The notes under the pieces are model-generated. The model had not been told where the DNA came from, ran no database searches, and saw nothing but the letters and a program-made list of their open reading frames with translations. DNA of 63,099 nucleotides, the filler included, from Octopus bimaculoides (lineage: Eukaryota): NCBI RefSeq assembly GCF_001194135.2. It is 6 parts of 6 records of this genome, joined end to end, with 100 filler letters (N's around TTAATTAATTAA, not from the genome) between each part and the next. Parts side by side here need not be neighbours in the genome. Positions count along the whole stretch, not along the records: positions 18,076 to 39,733 come from NC_068981.1; 5 more parts are not named here. One strand, 5' to 3'. Numbering within the stretch: position 1 is the stretch's first letter; the number at the start of each line of letters is the position of its first letter. This document shows, in pieces, positions 25,570 to 34,849 of the stretch. Both the position numbers and the translations under genes were made by a program.

Positions 25570-25930
25570 TTATTAGACACAACAGTAACCGTGCGAAAAT
25601 GCATAATGTTATGTTCAAATTAGAGAAAGCAGCTGAAAGAGCATATGTCGCAGTTTAGATGACTGTGTATCAATAAGATCTAGTAAAACACTTACTGGGC
25701 TGGGTCATGATAGTAGGGAAATTCTTTATACCATTAAGAAATATTTCCCAGCGTCCGGGTGCATTATATCACCGGATGTAACCATTTCCATGTTATCTAT
25801 TGTTCTGTAAGCTGATATTTTTAAATCATATATTTTCTCATTGTATTATGAATAGCATTGTGTGAGAATCCCAACGGTGGTTTTCAGAAAGATATATAAA
25901 GACAAAAATTCAAGACAGGTGAGTTCATTT
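25570..25930 (+). promoter_or_regulatory. IL-17 proximal promoter (cassette copy 2): ETS site, kB-like sites, TATA, Inr
   Basis: ACCGGATGT at 25771-25779, GGGAAATTCT at 25716-25725, TGAGAATCCC at 25863-25872 and TATATAAA at 25893-25900. Homologous to 19690-20190 and 38970-39500. Confidence 0.65.
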
Positions 25931-26059
25931 CTAAGCAAATCACTTTAAGAAACGAGTAAAATATCTTGCTGCTTTAGTGCATTACTGACTTACAACCGTA
26001 CAGCTCTCATCTTGCTTTCGATTTCATAGAGAACAAACACCACAGTAAAAATAACGATG
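25927..26059 (+). CDS. IL17: IL-17-like exon 1: 5' UTR plus the ATG only (26057-26059), followed by donor GTAAGT
   Basis: TATATAAA at 25893-25900 and Inr-like TCATTT at 25925-25930. No other ATG occurs in the exon. aaaaataacgATG|gtaagt gives a phase-0 junction matching exon 2. The same architecture and spacing recur at 39469-39640. Confidence 0.75.
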
Positions 26060-26974
26060 GTAAGTAGGCTTTACTTTATAATATCTAGCGAATTTTTGCA
26101 TTTTACTCCTTAACTATTTGAGTTTTCTTTCTGAAGTAAAGCGTCAGAATAGCAACAATAATTAAAACCTATGTATGTATCATCATCATTATGATCAATA
26201 TTTAACGTCCGTAGTCCATGCTGGCATATTAAGTTTTCATTTCTTCTATATGGAGATGTGACATATATATATATATATATATANNNNNNNNNNNNNNNNN
26301 NNNNNNNNNNNNNNNNNNNNNNNNNNNNNNNNNNNNNNNNNNNNNNNNNNNNNNNNNNNNNNNNNNNNNNNNNNNNNNNNNNNNNNNNNNNNNNNNNNNN
26401 NNNNNNNNNNNNNNNNNNNNNNNNNNNNNNNNNNNNNNNNNNNNNNNNNNNNNNNNNNNNNNNNNNNNNNNNNNNNNNNNNNNNNNNNNNNNNNNNNNNN
26501 NNNNNNNNNNNNNNNNNNNNNNNNNNNNNNNNNNNNNNNNNNNNNNNNNNNNNNNNNNNNNNNNNNNNNNNNNNNNNNNNNNNNNNNNNNNNNNNNNNNN
26601 NNNNNNNNNNNNNNNNNNNNNNNNNNNNNNNNNNNNNNNNNNNNNNNNNNNNNNNNNNNNNNNNNNNNNNNNNNNNNNNNNNNNNNNNNNNNNNNNNNNN
26701 NNNNNNNNNNNNNNNNNNNNNNNNNNNNNNNNNNNNNNNNNNNNNNNNNNNNNNNNNNNNNNNNNNNNNNNNNNNNNNNNNNNNNNNNNNNNNNNNNNNN
26801 NNNNNNNNNNNNNNNNNNNNNNNNNNNNNNNNNNNNNNNNNNNNNNNNNNNNNNNNNNNNNNNNNNNNNNNNNNNNNNNNNNNNNNNNNNNNNNNNNNNN
26901 NNNNNNNNNNNNNNNNNNNNNNNNNNNNNNNNNNNNNNNNNNNNNNNNNNNNNNNNNNNNNNNNNNNNNNNCAT

Positions 26975-27280
26975 CTGTAGCCATAGTGAAGGTGCATGGC
27001 TCAGTGGTTTGAGCTTCGAGTTTACGATCGTGCGGTTGTGAGTTCGATTCCCGGACCGGGTGCGTGTTGTGTTTTTGAGCAAGAAACTTTATTTCACATT
27101 GCTCTAGTTCACTGTTGTCACTGGTATCAGACTTTGCCTTTCCCTTGGATAACATCGCAGGCATGAAGAGAGGAGGCTCTTGCGCGTGGGTGACTGTTGG
27201 TCTTCCATAAACAACCTTGCCCGGACTTGTGCCTCGGAGGCTAACTTCTAGGTGTAATCCTATGGTCATTCATTACCGAA
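26975..27280 (-). mobile_element. SINE-like element (tRNA-like head at ~26980-27060)
   Basis: Contains a tRNA-like A/B-box motif (ggctcagtggtt...gttcgattcc) and an RTE-like 3' part; orientation uncertain. Confidence 0.4.
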
Positions 27281-27474
27281 AGGTGGTTGGTGGGTATCCT
27301 GTAGCCCATCCACGGATTTGCAATAGAGAATTATGAAGAACCATAATTTGGGAACCTACCAAGACATTACTTGGAGTTCTTCACCAATCTAAGTAATATT
27401 GTTAGCCTGGTGTGCCAACAGGGAGCTTAGGAAGTATTTTGCCCGGATTGTTAATCCCTAACTAATTGTCCCCC

Positions 27475-27526
<52 letters not shown>

Positions 27527-27770
27527 GTCTGTCTGTCTTTGTGCGTGTACCTTTCCGTTTGATTTTATCCCCTTTCCTATCGCTTCACATCCAGTGCTGA
27601 TTTGCTTACGTGCCCCGTACTGAGCGTCTCGCTTAAGAAATCGATAGAATAAGTACCTGGCTTTATCAAATAAGTACTAGTATAGATGCGATCCATGAAA
27701 CTCATCACAGCGATGCCTAAGCAGGACCACAGTCTTGTCATTGGAACATGTAAAAGATGAAAAATTCTCT

Positions 27771-27938
27771 TCAGTAAATTTCAACAATTCGTTGTACTTT
27801 ATCTTCTTCATTCAACTGTAGTTTCCTTATACTATAGAAAATCTTTTCCTCATATAAAAGCTGTTTACATATGATTTCACACATTTATTTGTATACTGTA
27901 AAACCTCTATTTAATATACTTATCCTTTGACTCTTATT
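27771..27938 (+). repeat. Paralogous intron-1 block X (copy in the IL-17 intron)
   Basis: Matches 22921-23082 (cagtaaatttcaacaattcgttgtac ... tatacttatcctttgactctta). Confidence 0.8.
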
Positions 27939-27995
27939 GTCATATTAAATTCCTGTGTCTAGTATTTACATCCATCCATCTATCTATTCATCCAT

Positions 27996-28081
27996 TTGCA
28001 ATCCATACGTTTGCAATCCATACGTTTGCAATCCATACGTTTGCAATCCATACGTTTTCAATCCATACGTTTGCAATCCAT
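27996..28081. repeat. 15-bp minisatellite (TTGCAATCCATACGT) x~5.7 in IL-17 intron 1
   Basis: Read directly from the sequence. Confidence 0.9.
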
Positions 28082-28099
28082 GAATAGGAAATATCGACC

Positions 28100-28939
28100 A
28101 AGTACCTGATATGTAAAAGTGATAGAGATATAGGAAAAGCCGTAAAATGCGACAAGCGATGCAGACTTCGATGAGTTCACTGAAGATATCGCCTACATTG
28201 TAAGCAGTTAACCGAAAATGTCATCACGGTATCATCTACCGATGAGACATGATGAAATCCGTCCGAAGGATAATCCCGAGGACAAAGAAATAAGAACCCA
28301 CAATATGGTAGAGGCCATAGCCACTCATAATGAAAAGGAATACTGATGGAATACACCAGTGAAGACCTGATATAAGGATTTGGAACAGAGAAGAGAAACT
28401 GTGCACAGTTGTGGAAATTAGCTGCCCAGTGGATGTTAACATAAAACTGAAGATCAGTGAAAAAGAGAACACCAATGTTGAACTATTGAGAAATCTGCAG
28501 TTACTTTATCCAGATTACAAGTTCAGGTTTATACCTGTAATTATTGGGGACCTGGGATATGTAACACACTGCCTAAATACCAATCTTGAGAAATTAGGCT
28601 TCTCAAAAACCAGAAAAGAGAAAGTTAATTCGAGGACTACAAGTTTACTCCATCACTGAAACTGTAAAAATCTATAAAACTTTCCAGAAGTTTATTATGT
28701 AAATATATATGAGCATGTCTAGATATGCAACTATATGCATGAAAATAAATACATAAAACATACAAATCTGCACATACATACATACATACATACATACATA
28801 CATACATACATACATACATACATACATACGAACAAAAATACCATGTTGTTCATGTTGAAATTTTAACGGAGTCGTGAATGTAGCTTAGAAACCGGTTCTT
28901 TCTCTATTGACAGGAAATCTTGAAATAAACTGAATAATG

Positions 28940-28960
<21 letters not shown>
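28100..28960 (+). mobile_element. R4-like REL non-LTR family 2, 3' fragment inside IL-17 intron 1
   Basis: KCDKRCRL..EDI.YIVS..PKMSSRYHLPMRHD and ORF 28411-28659; (CATA)n-block-(CATA)n 3' end. Confidence 0.88.
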
Positions 28961-28975
<15 letters not shown>

Positions 28976-29420
28976 CCATCCATCCATCCATACATACATA
29001 CATACATACATACATACATACATACATACATACATACATGCATATATACATACAAAATTACATTCGTACATACATACATTTGTGTGTGTCTGTGTGTGTC
29101 TGTGTGTGTCTGTGTGTGTCTGTGTGTCTGTGTATGCATACATGTATGCATACATAGACACACAGACACACAGACACACACACGCACAAAGACATAAATA
29201 TATAGAGAGAAGCCAACAAATGTTTCTTTCATTATTAGTAGAGAAAGTTATTCACCCTCCTTTTCAGCTTGTGTCTACGACTTGAGGGAAATTCGTGTGT
29301 GTGAAAGATGTCACCTACAAATACTAAACGAATTCCGAATATATATATATCCATACGGACGTATACATACTTACAAGCACACACATACATTCATACATAT
29401 ATACACATTTACATACATAA

Positions 29421-29506
<86 letters not shown>

Positions 29507-29819
29507 ATACACACACACACACACACATACACTCACACACGCATATATATATATTTAAATATATGTAAGTATGTATTAAGATTAGGATTCATATTGTAGG
29601 TACACTGGCGTGCAATGTTAGTGATGTTGCGGGGGTCTGATGGTTTTTAGGGTTTTTCGATATCAGACCCCTCCTCCGAGTTGATTCAATCGCGGTTCAT
29701 CAATTCCTAGCTGACATCTCAATAACACAGGTCTCCCCTCTGCAGCCAAATCCACCTAATGGACTTTCCCTCATCTATCTCTCCAGCATTCCGTGTTTCT
29801 CTCTTTTTTACTCTCTCAG

Positions 29820-29900
<81 letters not shown>

Positions 29901-29933
29901 ATCTATATCTATATATATATATATATAAATTAA

Positions 29934-30090
29934 CGTAGAAAGCTTAATGAAAATATTTCTTATTTTATTACAGGATCTCTTTCAAGTTGTAACCTTTCTC
30001 TTCTTAAACTACATCTTGATTGTATCTTCGGCATCAATTCCAATCCGATGTAAAATACCAACAGACTTAAAAGTTCGCTACGAGAGCTTG
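29934..30090 (+). other. Exact partial duplicate of the IL-17 acceptor/exon-2 start, probably an unmerged contig overlap
   Basis: Appears identical to 30174-30330, ends at a 10-N gap, and the flanking (CTAT)n(AT)n is repeated as well. Confidence 0.65.
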
Positions 30091-30100
30091 NNNNNNNNNN

Positions 30101-30140
<40 letters not shown>

Positions 30141-30213
30141 ATCTATATCTATATATATATATATATAAATTAACGTAGAAAGCTTAATGAAAATATTTCT
30201 TATTTTATTACAG

Positions 30214-30723
30214 GATCTCTTTCAAGTTGTAACCTTTCTCTTCTTAAACTACATCTTGATTGTATCTTCGGCATCAATTCCAATCCGATGTAAAATACCA
30301 ACAGACTTAAAAGTTCGCTACGAGAGCTTGTCCAATGCAACCATTGGCAATCATTTTTTTCTACCAGCTGAAATGGCTCCAGCCGAAAGTAACCAGACAA
30401 CACTGACCGATGGTGATAAAAACTGCCCAACATCGCCTGTATCAAGTGGTGAAATCCGTGAACGTTCCACCTGTCCTTGGTACCTGAATATTACTCATGA
30501 TTCAACAGTTTTCCCTCCATCACGTAGCGAAGCGGTATGTCGCTGTACAGAGTGTGTAGGGTCTACGAGTACCAACCACCAATGTACCACTGTATACACT
30601 AAAATGACTGTCCTGAAACCTACAGGTGAATGCATTGATGGATTGTATGTGTACGAACCACATGTGATTGATGTAGCCACAGCTTGTGTGTGTGCACAGA
30701 GGGAGGATGTCAATGTTGATTGA
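30214..30723 (+). CDS. IL17: Interleukin-17-like cytokine, coding exon 2 (169 codons plus stop; the initiator Met comes from exon 1, predicted protein 170 aa)
   Basis: The translation has the IL-17 cystine-knot pattern: CPT...RSTCPW...EAVCRCTEC...QCTTVY...VL...C.DG...Y...V..ACVC. The N-terminus (M)DLFQVVTFLFLNYILIVSSA is a hydrophobic signal peptide. The exon is preceded by the acceptor tatttcttattttattacAG (AG at 30212-30213), in phase 0 with the ORF. Confidence 0.93.
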   Translation, partial: DLFQVVTFLFLNYILIVSSASIPIRCKIPTDLKVRYESLSNATIGNHFFLPAEMAPAESNQTTLTDGDKNCPTSPVSSGEIRERSTCPWYLNITHDSTVFPPSRSEAVCRCTECVGSTSTNHQCTTVYTKMTVLKPTGECIDGLYVYEPHVIDVATACVCAQREDVNVD

Positions 30724-31209
30724 AATGGAGACGGCTATGAGACGTAGAAATCGACCAACTGCCACATTGTTCAATGCGTGTAACGCAGAAGTTGTTTACA
30801 GTATCATGAAACGTCATGTTGACCACTGTGTGGTTATTATTATTTTCATTTTACTTTCTATTTGCTTTTATATTTAACTTTTTACCATCATGTTTGGTTA
30901 TTTCATATTACTATCTGGGGCATTTTAATAATCAATTACATCAAATCTATATGAGGCACATGAACCGATATGGATCTAACCGAAATTACACATGTATTCG
31001 AGCATTCGAGACTAACATTCATTTGGCAAGTGAGTGGGAACGTATATGCTATGTGCATACGTATGCATATATGCACACCTCATCATTTCTGCATGTTCTA
31101 TTTAATTATATTCTAGTACATATATGCATATACATACATACATACATACATTCGTACATACATTCATACATACATACATACATACACACACACACATACA
31201 TATGTACAT

Positions 31210-32820
31210 ACTTTGAAATTGTATGCCAAGAACATGGATGATATGAAAAAAAGCCTCGACCTGGTCACAACATTTTCTGGTGATGTAGGACTAGAGTTTG
31301 ACCAAGATAAATGTTCATATATGGTTGTGGAACGAGGAAAGGCTAAAAACCACCCTAACAACATCTCCATCAATGGCCTATCTGTTTCTCCAATATCTGA
31401 TGAGGAATCCTACAGATACCTGGGAGTAGATGAAAACGTATCATATGAAGGTACCTGTAACAAGGAACGTGTTACTAAGAAATACAGAAATCGGGTTNNN
31501 NNNNNNNNNNNNNNNNNNNNNNNNNNNNNNNNNNNNNNNNNNNNNNNNNNNNNNNNNNNNNNNNNNNNNNNNNNNNNNNNNNNNNNNNNNNNNNNNNNNN
31601 NNNNNNNNNNNNNNNNNNNNNNNNNNNNNNNNNNNNNNNNNNNNNNNNNNNNNNNNNNNNNNNNNNNNNNNNNNNNNNNNNNNNNNNNNNNNNNNNNNNN
31701 NNNNNNNNNNNNNNNNNNNNNNNNNNNNNNNNNNNNNNNNNNNNNNNNNNNNNNNNNNNNNNNNNNNNNNNNNNNNNNNNNNNNNNNNNNNNNNNNNNNN
31801 NNNNNNNNNNNNNNNNNNNNNNNNNNNNNNNNNNNNNNNNNNNNNNNNNNNNNNNNNNNNNNNNNNNNNNNNNNNNNNNNNNNNNNNNNNNNNNNNNNNN
31901 NNNNNNNNNNNNNNNNNNNNNNNNNNNNNNNNNNNNNNNNNNNNNNNNNNNNNNNNNNNNNNNNNNNNNNNNNNNNNNNNNNNNNNNNNNNNNNNNNNNN
32001 NNNNNNNNNNNNNNNNNNNNNNNNNNNNNNNNNNNNNNNNNNNNNNNNNNNNNNNNNNNNNNNNNNNNNNNNNNNNNNNNNNNNNNNNNNNNNNNNNNNN
32101 NNNNNNNNNNNNNNNNNNNNNNNNNNNNNNNNNNNNNNNNNNNNNNNNNNNNNNNNNNNNNNNNNNNNNNNNNNNNNNNNNNNNNNNNNNNNNNNNNNNN
32201 NNNNNNNNNNNNNNNNNNNNNNNNNNNNNNNNNNNNNNNNNNNNNNNNNNNNNNNNNNNNNNNNNNNNNNNNNNNNNNNNNNNNNNNNNNNNNNNNNNNN
32301 NNNNNNNNNNNNNNNNNNNNNNNNNNNNNNNNNNNNNNNNNNNNNNNNNNNNNNNNNNNNNNNNNNNNNNNNNNNNNNNNNNNNNNNNNNNNNNNNNNNN
32401 NNNNNNNNNNNNNNNNNNNNNNNNNNNNNNNNNNNNNNNNNNNNNNNNNNNNNNNNNNNNNNNNNNNNNNNNNNNNNNNNNNNNNNNNNNNNNAGGGTTC
32501 TCAAAACCTGAAAGAAAAAGGCTGATTAGAAGACAACAGATTCAAGCCATCAATGGAACTGTAAAGATATGTAAAACTTTCCAAAAATTTAGCACATAAA
32601 TACATATGCATGCATCTAGACATAAAAACCCATCCATAAAACAAACATACAAATCTGCGCATACACTAACACCAAATACTGCACACACACACACATATGC
32701 ACAAATACCTAGATGATGTTGATAAAAGTTCCAATGAAGGAGCCTTGAATCTATGTTAGAGTCCGGCTCTTTCTCTATGGACAAGAAATACAGAAATGAA
32801 ACTGATTGATAACATACATA
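31210..32820 (+). mobile_element. R4-like REL non-LTR family 2, 5'-truncated in RT, ~490 bp after the IL-17 stop
   Basis: LKLYAKN...GLEFDQDKC...YRYLG before the gap and GFSKPERKRLIRR...VKICKTFQKF after it; preceded by (TACA)n. Confidence 0.88.
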
Positions 32821-32839
32821 CACAAACACACACGACACA

Positions 32840-33560
32840 CACGCACATATTTATGTAAATATCGATCTCTGTATAACGACAAGGAGCGGTAACTTACAGG
32901 AATGACATTCACTATTTCAAGCTATGCTGGAGCTCTTCCGAACTGGTGCTGTTAAGCACCTCCGTAGTTTTCTTCTTCACCTCTTCCACATCTGCAAATT
33001 CCTTCGCATCTACCTTCGTCACTAGTGAAGGTAAAAAAAGTCATTGAGCAACTTCCTGTAATTCTTGCATCTCACATCACGTGACTGCTTTGGATCTTTC
33101 GTGTAAGCGAAGCACGAATTTTGCTGTAACTATTTTCCTTCGAAATTCCCCGTTCAAAATTCGTCAGCAGGAGCTCCAGGACATACTAGTTATATCAACA
33201 AGTTTTTCAATCCTTCGGTGACGGTCCTCCAAGATCAGTTCATTGAATTTTCATTGTGTTTTTCATTGTGTTTTTCATTCGTTCGGGAGGTCAAGGAACG
33301 TCCTGAACGAGATCGGTCTTCAAGCGACAAGTGACCATTCCTAAAGCGTGGAAACCACTCATAAACTTGTGTTTTGCCCATGGCAGCATCCTTGTAAGCT
33401 GCTTGAAGTATGACAACTGTTTCCACCGCCGTTTTCCCCAGCAGAAAACGGAATTTCAAGGAGGCAAGCAATTCCGTTGTTTCAGTCATCGCAAAAATTG
33501 ACGAAAAGGCAAGTAAGTGTGCAAAACAAAAGCGTACCACGTGGCAGTACGACTAGACGC
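32840..33560 (-). mobile_element. Tc1/mariner transposase N-terminal remnant
   Basis: LKFRFLLGKTAVETVVILQAAYKDAAMGKTQVYEWFPRFRNGHLSLEDRSRSGR (mariner HTH). Confidence 0.88.
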
Positions 33561-34849
33561 GACGAGGCCGGTCGGGAGACTAATGCCTAAGGGTCGTATG
33601 ACGTGGCTTCTATCGGCGCAAGTCTGAAGTACAATGGGTGCATCCCACAAAGAACGACGTTTCCGGTTACTTGTGAGTATTACCTCGTATGTGTGCGGGT
33701 ATATATATATATATATATACAAACAGATATACATACATACATATATATATATGTATATANNNNNNNNNNNNNNNNNNNNNNNNNNNNNNNNNNNNNNNNN
33801 NNNNNNNNNNNNNNNNNNNNNNNNNNNNNNNNNNNNNNNNNNNNNNNNNNNNNNNNNNNNNNNNNNNNNNNNNNNNNNNNNNNNNNNNNNNNNNNNNNNN
33901 NNNNNNNNNNNNNNNNNNNNNNNNNNNNNNNNNNNNNNNNNNNNNNNNNNNNNNNNNNNNNNNNNNNNNNNNNNNNNNNNNNNNNNNNNNNNNNNNNNNN
34001 NNNNNNNNNNNNNNNNNNNNNNNNNNNNNNNNNNNNNNNNNNNNNNNNNNNNNNNNNNNNNNNNNNNNNNNNNNNNNNNNNNNNNNNNNNNNNNNNNNNN
34101 NNNNNNNNNNNNNNNNNNNNNNNNNNNNNNNNNNNNNNNNNNNNNNNNNNNNNNNNNNNNNNNNNNNNNNNNNNNNNNNNNNNNNNNNNNNNNNNNNNNN
34201 NNNNNNNNNNNNNNNNNNNNNNNNNNNNNNNNNNNNNNNATATATATATATATATATATACATACACACGCACGCAGCAATAGTTGTATATACTGAATAA
34301 GTATCTGATTATTTTAAAGATTATTTACTCGCATATATTTTCTGTTCATATATATTTCTACATATTCAAGAAATAATGTGTAATTAATTTTATAATTTGT
34401 ACATAATAACTGTATATATTTTCATAAGCAATAATTTGTAAATAATAATTTTGCATGGTTTTACAACCATTTATTTTGTAATAATAATACGTTTAATAGA
34501 ATCTTGCTCACTATATTTTATAAATATGCGAAGCAAGAAGAGATCAATTCATACTGTGTATAAATCATAATTCTAACGAAAATTTACATTTGATTAATAA
34601 AATATATTATAAGCACAAATATTCCACCTTTGTTATTTTCTCTGTATTATACCTTTGTTTGAATAAATCATATAACTTTTGAATAAAATATTGGACAGCT
34701 GGGTGTCGCATTCAAAATCTTAATCGGTGTTTTGCTGCGGTTCTTAATATAATACTTTTATATTCGTACTGTACTTGGTTATATATTAAAAGTAAAAGGA
34801 TTTCTGCAAACAATGCCTGCACTACGCTAACATAGTGAGCTGTCCTCAT

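Noticed and set aside
29947-30168. Second IL-17-like ORF (73 aa)
   Set aside because: It appears identical to the start of the real exon and ends at a 10-N gap with duplicated flanks; most likely an unmerged contig overlap, not a paralog.
30187-30213. ATG at 30187 as the IL-17 start
   Set aside because: It overlaps a textbook acceptor and has only microsatellite upstream; a better start with promoter and donor exists at 26057. Minor use cannot be excluded.
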